Assembly: GCA_020632535.1 (NCBI GenBank)
Contig: JACKFJ010000002.1
Location: forward strand, 120,245 to 184,244
From: Candidatus Omnitrophota bacterium
Lineage (GTDB): Bacteria; Omnitrophota; Gorgyraeia; Zapsychrales; JANLHA01
Direction of reading: 5' to 3'
Length of the DNA stretch: 64,000 nucleotides
The notes beneath the pieces were generated by a model. That model worked only from the letters and a program-made list of their open reading frames with translations, was not told the origin of the DNA and did not search any database. The position numbers and the translations under genes are program-made. Shown here piece after piece: positions 1 through 8,365 of this stretch. Position 1 is the stretch's first letter, and the number at the start of each line of letters is the position of its first letter.

Positions 1-1137
1 AATTTCATACTGCAAGAACTCATAAATTCCTAATTCGCGTTTCTTAATCGTAATATCATCGACATTATCGCCACTGCCTAAAATATCATTCGTATGATCA
101 TAATAGTCTATTCCCGTAACAAAATTCACCTCTTTATTAAAAATGACACGATCAAAAACATATTTTCCGTCGATTCCGTACGTGTCTATGGCGCGCTTGG
201 TATGAAAAGGGCCAAACCGATTAAAGGAATCAAAAGTATCGCGATTGCGATAAAGAAAGTCGACAAAAATACTACCAAAATACACATCTTTAATCCATGG
301 CTTAGCGTTTAAACCCAGCTTAACGTAACGATCCTTGGTTGAAGAAAAGTCCCCCGGAAATGTTGTCGCGCGTCTGCCAAGATTCGCTAATTCAGAACCC
401 GAGAGGCCTCCCGGAAGACCAGAATCATCTTTGTGCCAGCCTAATTCCAAATCTGCTAAAAAGCTTGGTGAAAATTCATATCCTATGCGGCCATTAAAAT
501 CTCTTGCCAACCCACCGCTATTATCGCGATATCCATTTTGATCTAAATATTTAGAATATACAAAATATGTCAAATCACGATGCGATCCCGAAAGTTCTAA
601 ATGCTCTCCAAGTGTGTCATAACTACTATAAACTACTCCAACTTTTCCCTGCAAATCACCTTCACCCTTTTTGGTAATGATATTAACCACACCTCCGACG
701 GCATTATCACCATAAAGCACTGAGCCTGCGCCACGAATAATTTCAATTCTTTCAACAGCACCAAGAGGAATTTGTTCCAAATCCGGCCCAGAAATATCAA
801 TCGAATTGACTTTACGGCCATTGATCAAAATCAAAACATTACGCGCCGCGGTATCACCAAAACCACGAATATCAACGATCGCGGTCTTATTCGTATTGTT
901 ATCATAAACATTAACACCTTGCGCTGTTCTTAAAATATCCGGAACACTATGCACATTGGATGCCGCAATTTGCTCCTGCGTAATAACGGTAACATTGCTG
1001 GCAATTTTATAATCTTTCTGCGCGAAGCGCGAATTGGTCACAACGATCGTGTCAAGATCATAAGAAAGATTTGCCCACGCACTTGATAAATTACCCCAAA
1101 TAATCCATGCTAAAAATAAAATTAATACTCTTTTCAT
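1..1137 (-). CDS. btuB: TonB-dependent outer-membrane receptor (vitamin B12 transporter BtuB-like), 5' portion; 3' end runs off the left window edge
   Basis: Manual translation of the minus strand from ATG at 1137-1135, with RBS GGAG (plus 1143-1146) 5 nt upstream. It begins MKRVLILFLAWIIWGNLSSAWA (signal peptide), then ANLSYDLDTIVVTNSRFAQKDYKIASNVTVITQEQIAASNVHSVPDILRTAQGVNV...IRGFGDTAARNVLILINGRKVNSIDISGPDLEQIPLGAVERIEIIRGAGSVLYGDNAVGGVVNIITK, a classic TonB-box/plug domain. The frame stays open to position 1, which is why it is absent from the complete-ORF track. The B12 riboswitch upstream supports the btuB-like call. Confidence 0.85.
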   Translation of the reverse strand, partial: MKRVLILFLAWIIWGNLSSAWANLSYDLDTIVVTNSRFAQKDYKIASNVTVITQEQIAASNVHSVPDILRTAQGVNVYDNNTNKTAIVDIRGFGDTAARNVLILINGRKVNSIDISGPDLEQIPLGAVERIEIIRGAGSVLYGDNAVGGVVNIITKKGEGDLQGKVGVVYSSYDTLGEHLELSGSHRDLTYFVYSKYLDQNGYRDNSGGLARDFNGRIGYEFSPSFLADLELGWHKDDSGLPGGLSGSELANLGRRATTFPGDFSSTKDRYVKLGLNAKPWIKDVYFGSIFVDFLYRNRDTFDSFNRFGPFHTKRAIDTYGIDGKYVFDRVIFNKEVNFVTGIDYYDHTNDILGSGDNVDDITIKKRELGIYEFLQYEI

Positions 1138-1186
1138 ACTTTCTCCTATTAATAATCCTATTCTTCAAACCATACTTCACTTGGGA

Positions 1187-1243
1187 TTAAAAAACAAAAT
1201 CCCAATCGAAAATGAATTCAATTGGGATTGCACCCTTTATGTC
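1187..1243 (-). terminator. Intrinsic terminator hairpin forming the riboswitch expression platform (attenuator) before btuB
   Basis: On the minus-strand RNA, AAUCCCAAU-(14 nt loop)-AUUGGGAUU (plus 1198-1206 and 1221-1229) is followed by UUGUUUUUUAA (plus 1186-1197). A third copy, AAUCCCAA (plus 1181-1188), downstream offers an alternative pairing partner. Confidence 0.6.
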
Positions 1244-1445
1244 TATGTTCCCAAGGTGTAAGCATCTCTCCTCTGTCTTCGCAGAGAAAACTGCTTTTGT
1301 ACCAGCGAGGCGACCTGACTTTCCTAAAAAACAGGATTCACAGTGGCGGGACCGCTCCCGATTTTCACGGGATTCTCCTTCCCACATTATTGCTGTGGGA
1401 TCATCCATAATGGATAAAACTGATACAACGATATCGTGAAGAGCA
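1244..1445 (-). promoter_or_regulatory. Cobalamin (AdoCbl) riboswitch in the 5' leader of the TonB-dependent receptor gene
   Basis: The reverse complement of 1325-1385 reads AAUGUGGGAAGGAGAAUCCCGUGAAAAUCGGGAGCGGUCCCGCCACUGUGAAUCCUG. This carries the conserved GGGAA...GUGAAAAUC...GCGGUCCCGCCACUGU core with the B12 box GCCACUG. Downstream lies AGUCAGGUCGCCUCGCUGG (compare the consensus CAGGA.ACCUGCC). It sits directly upstream of a BtuB-like receptor and ends in a terminator hairpin. Confidence 0.75.
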
Positions 1446-1458
1446 AAACAACTTTACT

Positions 1459-2022
1459 TTAAGCCGATAACAAAACTTTCGACCAACGGGTCTTTTGAAT
1501 CCATGAAGCCAAAAGCTCATACCCGCCAAACAAAACCGCGCTATAGACAAGAGTGCTAACCAATGTACTGCGGAAAAACGGCACAGCCGCCCAAAAACAC
1601 TCCTGTAATCCCAAAAATGATTTAGGGTACATCGCAATCCAAGCACCCAAATTTGTAATAACAAAAAACAAAACCGCTGAGGTCACCGCTCCCAATGCAA
1701 TATTTAACGATGTTTTATGAGAACGAAGATACATGCCCAAAACCGAAATAAGAATAATGCTGCTCCACGTAAAAAGAATCGTGTCATGCAAACCTATTAG
1801 CAAATCTGAGATAATCATTAAAAGAATAGGCATCACTAAAGCACGGCGAGTACTTAAATAAACACCGCCGAATAAAGCGAGAGCTAATACCGGAGTAAAA
1901 TTCGGCACATGGATAACTACACGCGACATAATTCCCAAAACCAATAACCCTATTACTAGCATTGACTTTCCTCCCAAATAAAATCTATGAAAGAATATAA
2001 TACGATACGAATTCTTTATCAA
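1459..2022 (-). CDS. Small polytopic membrane protein (187 aa, 5-6 TM helices; possibly ECF-type S-component/BioY/BtuM-like vitamin transporter)
   Basis: ORF-track ORF whose start codon lies 1 nt after the stop of the upstream gene. The sequence is hydrophobic throughout (LVIGLLVLGIMSRVVIHVPNFTPVLALALFGGVYL..., LGAVTSAVLFFVITNLGAWIAMY...). The family assignment is a guess. Confidence 0.7.
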   Translation of the reverse strand: MIKNSYRIIFFHRFYLGGKSMLVIGLLVLGIMSRVVIHVPNFTPVLALALFGGVYLSTRRALVMPILLMIISDLLIGLHDTILFTWSSIILISVLGMYLRSHKTSLNIALGAVTSAVLFFVITNLGAWIAMYPKSFLGLQECFWAAVPFFRSTLVSTLVYSAVLFGGYELLASWIQKTRWSKVLLSA

Positions 2023-2023
2023 C

Positions 2024-2812
2024 TTATTTTTTTATTTCTCTGACAGTTTGTGGAGCTTGACTAAACCAACGATTGAGCATTGTTAGAAACATAAGCGTTG
2101 GCGGTAGAGTAATAATAGGCAGAAGCGGAATCAATAAAATCAATGACCATCCATTTTTCAATATGAAATCTGTGGCGGAGTACCAATAAAAAAACATTCC
2201 CCATGTCGCAATAAAAAAAAGAAGATAAAAAACCACCCTCGGGACTGTTACAAGAATCGCGATCAACATGGCTGCACCATAAAACAAATGCGGCAAAGCC
2301 TCTCGCAACATTATTAAACGAGTCGGAACAATTTCATCAGCCGAAACAAGAAAGTCAGGTTTTAAAAGCCCGAAAATGTTTAGCAATATTGAACAAAACA
2401 AGAAAATCAATATATACATTTTATTTATCGCTGGAAGAATCCCTTGTAGAGCAGATGGCTTTTTTTCACTAACTGATTTTGTGTTTTGGCTTTCTGGGGA
2501 CGTCAATGTTGGTTTAGGTAGCTTGTCTTCCAGAAGGGAATTGAAATAAGCGGGATCAAATACTTTCTTGCCTTCAAGACATTCTAGAAAATATTGCAGA
2601 ATTATTTTAATGGAAGCGGAAGAATTGCGGGGTTTGTTAATTTCAATGAGAAATTGAAATATCTTTTCATTAAGCGGATTATTATTGATCAGCTCTTCGT
2701 AATCACGAGAAACCGCGACAAAGAGCGACCACTCATAAATTTCTGTTTTAGAAATCTCGCCGGTCAAAAATCCCACAAGTTTGGAAATGATTAATTCTCG
2801 TTCAACCGACAT
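2024..2812 (-). CDS. Hypothetical protein: N-terminal soluble domain plus C-terminal 3-4 TM helices (262 aa)
   Basis: ORF track. It is translationally coupled to its neighbours (27 nt after the upstream stop; 1 nt before the downstream start). The C-terminal half is hydrophobic (MYILIFLFCSILLNIFGLL..., LFYGAAMLIAILVTVPRVVFYLLFFIATWGMFFYWY). Confidence 0.7.
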   Translation of the reverse strand: MSVERELIISKLVGFLTGEISKTEIYEWSLFVAVSRDYEELINNNPLNEKIFQFLIEINKPRNSSASIKIILQYFLECLEGKKVFDPAYFNSLLEDKLPKPTLTSPESQNTKSVSEKKPSALQGILPAINKMYILIFLFCSILLNIFGLLKPDFLVSADEIVPTRLIMLREALPHLFYGAAMLIAILVTVPRVVFYLLFFIATWGMFFYWYSATDFILKNGWSLILLIPLLPIITLPPTLMFLTMLNRWFSQAPQTVREIKK

Positions 2813-2839
2813 AATTTTTAACGCAGATCAAAGATAATA

Positions 2840-5404
2840 TTAAAATGCTGACAATACACTGTTAAGTTGTTTCTCAAGTTCCTTAATCTGATCATCCTTT
2901 TCACGCAAAATCTTTTCTACCATTTCAAGGCGCTCTTGCGAATCTTTAAAACGCGCTTCCATCAACGCATAATCTTCAGGTTTTCCACCTGCAATGGCGT
3001 TCTTTTCACTCAATTGCTTTTTAACCATAGCCAATTGTTCCTTCAAAGCCGCCATTTTTTGATCACTAAGCTTGATATCATAACGACCCAAATATTCAAT
3101 TTGCTCACCAGCCCAAAGCAGTTTTTCCTTAAGACGAGTCACTAACTTATCATGACGCTGTATCCATTGTTGATACATCTCTTCATCTTTATTGCGGGGA
3201 GCTGGTAAATTTTGCGGGTCGATCTCAACCAAAAGCGCGGTATCAGTTTTATCACCACCGCTACTCTGCATGCCAGACAAACGACTTTCTAAATCAGCTA
3301 AAGTCTTTTTAACTTCTTCATATTGATTAATCTTGGCAGTGTAAAGCTCCTCGCTCTTATGCAATTTATTCTCAGTGAAAAGAAGCTGAGCCTGAGCATC
3401 ATTGAGCTCTTTAATTTTCTTCGCCAAAGCTTCTTTCAAAGTCCGCAATTGATCCTGAAGCTCTTCTTCATTTTGAGCTTTTTGAGATTTATAATTGCCG
3501 AACTCTTCTTCAATAGCTTGGATTTTCTTTTCATACTCAAGCTGTCTATCTTTAAAATTATATTGCTTAGAGTGAACATCCGTTTCCATCGCATCAATGC
3601 GAGCCTGTAAATTCATCAATTTTTGGCCTTGTTCCTTAAGTTTAGTACGACGCACTTCCAAATCAGTTTTGGCTTCAACTAAATCCGTTTCTAATACAGC
3701 AACCTTCTGATCCTTCTGCTTACTGCTCTTCTCTAAATCCTGAATCAGAACTTGATCTTTCTGCGACATATCAACAATCTCTGCTAACTTTTTCTTTAAA
3801 ACAATATTTTGTTTTTGAACTGCCTTAACCGCAGGAGAAACAGCTTCTTGCGCCACAAGCATATCCAATGATTCCTCGCTGCCGACATCATCATCTTCAA
3901 TAGCATCAAGCGGCATCTTTTCCACGCGCGAAGCATTTACTTTATAATTTTTACGCACCTGCTTTATTTTTTCTGCTTTTTTCTGCGCAAAACTTTGACG
4001 AAGTTCCTTTTCCTTTAACGCTTGATCTGCTTCAAGCTTTGCTAGCACATCCTCTTCGTCATCATCCGCGTCAATAACGACAGCACTATCTTGCGAATGC
4101 TCATCGACAATATCTTCATATTCCGAATCATCTAACTCAAAATCATCATCATGACTTGCAACTGGCATAACCTTATCCACCACAGATTTTTTAGCAGGAA
4201 TGTCTTTATCAATCTTTTGCATCTTTGGCGCTAATTTTTTATTCTTGGAGGATTCAATGGAAATTTTTCTTAAAGCAATTCTTTGCTTTTGCTCAGCTTT
4301 TTTCTCAATAACTTTTAAACCCGCCTGTTCCTGTTTATCAGCCTGTTTCTTGATATTTTCAATGGCTGCGTTTTCTTTAAGCGTTATAACTTCCTTAATT
4401 CCGTCTCCATCAATATCGACCGGAACCATCTTTTCATTTGGAGCTACTTTTCTTGCACTGAACTTTTTATGAGTGGCCGCAATCTTATCAGCAGTCTGAG
4501 CAGCAATCTCATCCTGTAATCGTGTTTTCGCACCGCGCGCTTCAGTTTGTATTTTAAAAATTGCGGCTTTTTCTTTATCTTGAGCGACTGTATTACTGAC
4601 TTGCGCAACATCTACGGCCGTCGCTGGAGATTGCGTCTTCTTTGATGTTTGTATCTTTTTACTCTTGTCTATTTTTTCTTCTATTTTGGTACTTTTGGGG
4701 GGAGTAACTGCGGATTGCTTTTCCTTATCATAAACTGCCGCGGCTGCTGTGATCTGATTTTCAAAATCATCCATCGATGAATCAAGGGACAAATGGACAT
4801 CGTTATCCTTGTCCATATTTTCGTCGGAAACAACGACTTTACGGTCAATAACTTTCTTAGAATCTTTTGCCTGAGAAGATTTTGCTTTCTTTATCGCAGG
4901 TTTATTTTTAACTGACTTTTCTTTCTTGCTTTGAGCACGAACTTCCTTTAAAGCCGCTTTTTTGTCTTCATCAGCCTGCAATCGCAAAGCTTTCAAAGCT
5001 GCCATTTCTTCCTTCGCAGTTTGCTCTTCTATCGCTTTAATCTTTTGCGCTTCTTCTTTTTTACTGCTTTTGCCAACATCATTTTTAGTTGTTTCAGAGA
5101 CCTCTTTAACTTTTTCTAACACAGGCGTAGGGGTAGCGGCCACCTTCTTATATTGCTCTGTCTTTTGTGTACCACCAAAACCAAGCATGCGTAAATACAT
5201 CAAGGCTTCCTCGTTATTGGGATCAGCTAAGAGTGCCTTGTTAAATTCTCGAATGGCAAGATCGTAATCTTTAACTTTAAAATGTTTTTTACCTGCTTCA
5301 ATATAAAAATTCGCGACGAGATTAGGCTCAGCGGCGTGGCTGCTAGAAGAAAATGTCAGCAGATAAACAATCGAAAGCAATAAAAAGAATGATTTTTTAT
5401 TCAT
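2840..5404 (-). CDS. Secreted/periplasmic TPR-containing, K/E-rich coiled-coil protein (~854 aa from the MNKK start; the ORF track gives an alternative start at 5458)
   Basis: The preferred start is ATG at 5404-5402 with RBS GGGGA 5 nt upstream, giving MNKKSFFLLLSIVYLLTFSSSSHAAEP (signal peptide). A TPR-like motif follows (NFYIEAGKKHFKVKDYDLAIREFNKALLADPNNEEALMYL). Then comes a long K/E/A-rich low-complexity tract and a C-terminal heptad-rich coiled coil (LEKSSKQKDQKVAVLETDLVEAKTDLEVRRTKLKEQGQKLMNLQARIDAMETD...). Confidence 0.8.
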   Translation of the reverse strand: MNKKSFFLLLSIVYLLTFSSSSHAAEPNLVANFYIEAGKKHFKVKDYDLAIREFNKALLADPNNEEALMYLRMLGFGGTQKTEQYKKVAATPTPVLEKVKEVSETTKNDVGKSSKKEEAQKIKAIEEQTAKEEMAALKALRLQADEDKKAALKEVRAQSKKEKSVKNKPAIKKAKSSQAKDSKKVIDRKVVVSDENMDKDNDVHLSLDSSMDDFENQITAAAAVYDKEKQSAVTPPKSTKIEEKIDKSKKIQTSKKTQSPATAVDVAQVSNTVAQDKEKAAIFKIQTEARGAKTRLQDEIAAQTADKIAATHKKFSARKVAPNEKMVPVDIDGDGIKEVITLKENAAIENIKKQADKQEQAGLKVIEKKAEQKQRIALRKISIESSKNKKLAPKMQKIDKDIPAKKSVVDKVMPVASHDDDFELDDSEYEDIVDEHSQDSAVVIDADDDEEDVLAKLEADQALKEKELRQSFAQKKAEKIKQVRKNYKVNASRVEKMPLDAIEDDDVGSEESLDMLVAQEAVSPAVKAVQKQNIVLKKKLAEIVDMSQKDQVLIQDLEKSSKQKDQKVAVLETDLVEAKTDLEVRRTKLKEQGQKLMNLQARIDAMETDVHSKQYNFKDRQLEYEKKIQAIEEEFGNYKSQKAQNEEELQDQLRTLKEALAKKIKELNDAQAQLLFTENKLHKSEELYTAKINQYEEVKKTLADLESRLSGMQSSGGDKTDTALLVEIDPQNLPAPRNKDEEMYQQWIQRHDKLVTRLKEKLLWAGEQIEYLGRYDIKLSDQKMAALKEQLAMVKKQLSEKNAIAGGKPEDYALMEARFKDSQERLEMVEKILREKDDQIKELEKQLNSVLSAF

Positions 5405-5570
5405 AATTTCCCCAATGATGTTTTGGATTATAACATTGTTAAAATGCCACTGCAACAAAGGTTAAAAGTATTTATTGATATAGGTAAAAACTTTTATCCA
5501 CCAAATTTAACTTTTATGTTATAAATATCCATAATTTAAAAACACCCTTATTTCTCTATATATAGCCCTG
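5405..5570. promoter_or_regulatory. Divergent intergenic region likely carrying promoters for mutS (+) and the coiled-coil operon (-)
   Basis: A 166-bp AT-rich spacer between divergent starts. Candidate sigma70-like hexamers on the plus strand: TTGATA at 5476-5481 and a TATAAAT-type -10 at ~5521-5527. Not verified. Confidence 0.3.
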
Positions 5571-8129
5571 ATGACTACTCAAGCATCCACCCCAATGCTC
5601 GCGCAGTACCAAAAAATCAAATCACAATATCAAGACTGCATTCTTTTTTTCCGCCTCGGTGATTTTTATGAAATGTTCTACGATGACGCCAAAAGTGCGG
5701 CCAAAACCCTTGATTTGGTTTTGACAGCCCGCGGTCGCGGGACAATCAACGAAGCACCCATGTGCGGCATACCCTATCATACGGCCAATAGCTATATCGA
5801 CCGTCTTATTAAAGCAGGGCACAAAGTCGCTGTCTGCGAACAGGTTGAGGATCCCGCGGTCGCGGTTGGCATTGTCCGGCGCGATGTCATTCGAGTCATT
5901 TCATCCGGCACTTATCTTGATGAAAATTCTCCTGACTCTCGCTATCTTTGCGCTTTAAGTCCAAATGGAAATACCATTGGCATAGCCTTTACCGATCCGG
6001 TCAGCGGCTCAATTCAGACCAATCAATTCGAAAACACTCATAAAATTATTGAGTTATTAGCACGTCTGCCTATCTACGAATGTGTTTTTCCTGCTAGCGA
6101 AGAAGATAAAATTAAAGAATTGCTCAAACATCCACTTCTCAAAACAAAAATTCTGACGTTAAGTCCGCAGGAAAACTGGTCTTTTAATAGTGATATCGCG
6201 TCCAAAAATCTATGTGAACATTTTGCTGTTTTGAATTTACATGGTTTCGGTCTGGATGGATTGTCAATGGCAGTATCAAGCAGTAATGCGCTCCTTGAGT
6301 ATCTCAAAATCATGAATCGCCAACCGCTTCGTCATATTAATCGTCTCAGTCTCTATACCGACGAGGATTACGTTTATCTTTCACCGGCCGCGCATTATGG
6401 CCTTGAAATCGAAACATTTTTTAAAACCATCAATTGCACATTGACATCCATGGGCAAGCGCCAATTGCGTTCATGGCTTAGCCATCCTTTACGAAAAGTA
6501 GACGCCATCCTTGAACGCCAAAATGCAGTCACGCTTTTACGCAATCATTCCGAAAACTTACGCACACTCAGAGAATGCTTAAGTCCATTGCCTGATTTAG
6601 AAAAGTCCATTTCCAAATTAAGTTCGGGATATACGCAACCCAAGGATTTGCTTTCAGCACGCAACAGCTTGGCTCTTTTGCCAAAAATTCTTGATGCCGT
6701 AGCTCCGCTTGTTACTCAAAATCGACTTTTTTCTGTTGATGACATTCCTTCATTACGAAAGCTTTTAGAAAACGCGATCAATCCCGACATGCCTCTTGCA
6801 AATAATGAAGGCAAGGTGATCAAGCGGGGATTTAATACAGACCTCGATGCTTTGCGAGATATTCAAGAAAATGGACAAGAATGGCTGCGCCGTTATCAAG
6901 CGCAAGAAATCACCCGCTCAAAAATCAATTCTCTTAAAGTCGGTTTTAATAAAGTCTTTGGATATTACATTGAAGTAACAAAGGCTAACGCCAATCTCGT
7001 GCCGGATCACTTTATTCGTAAGCAAACCTTGGTCAATGGCGAACGGTTTATCACGCCGGAATTAAAAGAATATGAAGAAAAGATTTTAACCGCCGAAGAC
7101 AAAATCCGCAAAATTGAAAATGATTTGATTGAGGAATTAAAAAAAACTATCCTTGATCACGCGCCTGCCTTACACAAATTTAGCCAAAGCGCGGCAACAT
7201 TGGATGCATTGTATTCTCTCGCTGTTCTTTCGCAAGAACCCGGTTATGTCGCACCGGAAATTAGTTCTGACAATGTCTTGGATATTCAAGAGGGTCGTCA
7301 TCCTGTCGTCGAAAAAACATCAAACCAGAATTTTATTCCTAACGACACGCACTTGAATTGCCAAGACCAACATTTAATTATCTTAACCGGACCGAACATG
7401 GCCGGAAAATCGACATATATCCGACAAATTGCTTTATTGGTAATGTTGAGTCAAATGGGCAGCTATGTTCCAGCCAAAAGCATGCACGTCGGCGTCGTGG
7501 ATAAAATTTTTACCCGCATAGGCGCGCACGATGACATCACCAAAGGCCAAAGTACGTTTATGGTTGAAATGAGCGAAACTGCGGATATTCTCAATAATTT
7601 AACCCCGCGCAGTTTGGTCATCTTAGATGAAATCGGCCGCGGAACCAGCACGTATGATGGTTTAAGTTTAGCGTGGGCATTGGCCGAGCATTTTCAAAAA
7701 GCAAAAAGCCGCACCCTTTTTGCTACGCATTTTCACGAACTCACAGCATTGGCGAATGAACACAGTGGAGTCAAGAATTACAATGTCGCGGTCAAGGAAT
7801 GGAAAGACGAAATTATCTTTTTACACAAAATTGTCGAAGGCAGTACCGATGACAGTTATGGTATTTATGTCGCAAAACTTGCGGGGGTGCCGCAAAAGGT
7901 TATCGGACGGGCGAAACAAATCCTAGTCGAACTCGAAACGCAAGGAACTTCACAAAAACATCTTATTTCCAAGTCAGCTAACAATGATCAGCTTTCATTA
8001 TTTACCACTAAAATTGATCCGACCTTAGAAGAACTTAAGAATTCGATTGAGAAAATTGATGTGAATCATTTGACTCCGCTCGAAGCTTTGAATAAGATTC
8101 AAGAATTAAAACAGTTGATCAAGGAGTGA
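5571..8129 (+). CDS. mutS: DNA mismatch repair protein MutS
   Basis: 852 aa. The N-terminal mismatch-binding motif matches MutS (TPMLAQYQKIKSQYQDCILFFRLGDFYEMFYDDAKSAAKTLDLVLTARG). Walker A GPNMAGKST at ~7390-7420, then DEIGRGTSTYDG and FATHFHEL. Confidence 0.95.
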   Translation: MTTQASTPMLAQYQKIKSQYQDCILFFRLGDFYEMFYDDAKSAAKTLDLVLTARGRGTINEAPMCGIPYHTANSYIDRLIKAGHKVAVCEQVEDPAVAVGIVRRDVIRVISSGTYLDENSPDSRYLCALSPNGNTIGIAFTDPVSGSIQTNQFENTHKIIELLARLPIYECVFPASEEDKIKELLKHPLLKTKILTLSPQENWSFNSDIASKNLCEHFAVLNLHGFGLDGLSMAVSSSNALLEYLKIMNRQPLRHINRLSLYTDEDYVYLSPAAHYGLEIETFFKTINCTLTSMGKRQLRSWLSHPLRKVDAILERQNAVTLLRNHSENLRTLRECLSPLPDLEKSISKLSSGYTQPKDLLSARNSLALLPKILDAVAPLVTQNRLFSVDDIPSLRKLLENAINPDMPLANNEGKVIKRGFNTDLDALRDIQENGQEWLRRYQAQEITRSKINSLKVGFNKVFGYYIEVTKANANLVPDHFIRKQTLVNGERFITPELKEYEEKILTAEDKIRKIENDLIEELKKTILDHAPALHKFSQSAATLDALYSLAVLSQEPGYVAPEISSDNVLDIQEGRHPVVEKTSNQNFIPNDTHLNCQDQHLIILTGPNMAGKSTYIRQIALLVMLSQMGSYVPAKSMHVGVVDKIFTRIGAHDDITKGQSTFMVEMSETADILNNLTPRSLVILDEIGRGTSTYDGLSLAWALAEHFQKAKSRTLFATHFHELTALANEHSGVKNYNVAVKEWKDEIIFLHKIVEGSTDDSYGIYVAKLAGVPQKVIGRAKQILVELETQGTSQKHLISKSANNDQLSLFTTKIDPTLEELKNSIEKIDVNHLTPLEALNKIQELKQLIKE

Positions 8130-8200
8130 TAATTAATTTTTACGGCTCAAAGTTCCTTCGGAACTGATTCGCCTTAAAAAATTAATTATCACTCCTTGAT
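8118..8200. terminator. Perfect 24-bp palindromic stem (8118-8141 / 8177-8200) with a 35-nt loop holding an inner hairpin; a putative bidirectional terminator or RNA processing site overlapping the mutS stop codon
   Basis: ATCAAGGAGTGATAATTAATTTTT pairs perfectly with AAAAATTAATTATCACTCCTTGAT. The inner hairpin is AGTTC-CTTCG-GAACT (8151-8165). The mutS stop TGA (8127-8129) lies inside the left arm. No U-tract follows, so the terminator call is tentative. Confidence 0.4.
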
Positions 8201-8216
8201 ATAACAATTTAAATTT

Positions 8217-8341
8217 AAGAAGTAAGAACAAGTCCGAAAGCGAATTGAACGCAGCCCCGATTCTGGCCTCCTTAGGCAAATGCCTAAGGAGACATCCACC
8301 GGGGATCGTTCATTGAGATTGAGGACTTGTTCTTACTTCTT
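8217..8341. repeat. Nested inverted-repeat element between mutS and mutL; a structured RNA, regulatory leader of mutL, or MITE-like insertion
   Basis: The outer arms are a perfect 19-bp inverted repeat: AAGAAGTAAGAACAAGTCC (8217-8235) and GGACTTGTTCTTACTTCTT (8323-8341), with an 87-nt spacer. Inside is CCCCG (8255-8259) paired with CGGGG (8300-8304). Inside that is a 10-bp stem CTCCTTAGGC/GCCTAAGGAG (8268-8277 / 8282-8291) with loop AAAT. It ends 14 nt before the mutL RBS. Confidence 0.6.
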
Positions 8342-8365
8342 AGCATAACTACTAAAAGGAAATTT

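Noticed and set aside
94-541. Plus-strand ORFs 94..312 and 335..541
   Set aside because: They lie antisense inside the minus-strand TonB-dependent receptor gene, which has strong protein-level motifs. Their sequences are short and low-complexity, so they are spurious.
1187-1439. ORFs 1187..1408 (-), 1212..1439 (+) and 1222..1410 (+)
   Set aside because: They overlap the cobalamin riboswitch and terminator. The region is a structured non-coding leader.
1401-1664. Minus-strand ORF 1401..1664
   Set aside because: An alternative frame overlapping the 1459..2022 membrane-protein gene. It has no RBS and an odd composition.
5405-5458. Upstream extension of the coiled-coil gene (ORF-track start at 5458, MLQWHFNNVIIQ...)
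   Set aside because: The internal ATG at 5404 has a GGGGA RBS and starts a canonical signal peptide (MNKKSFFLLL...). The 18 extra codons look like in-frame read-through of the leader.
8327-8365. mutL start at 8327 (MFLLLSITTKRKF...)
   Set aside because: ATG 8366 has an AAAGGA RBS and yields the conserved MutL N-terminus directly. The region 8327-8365 overlaps the right arm of the intergenic inverted repeat.
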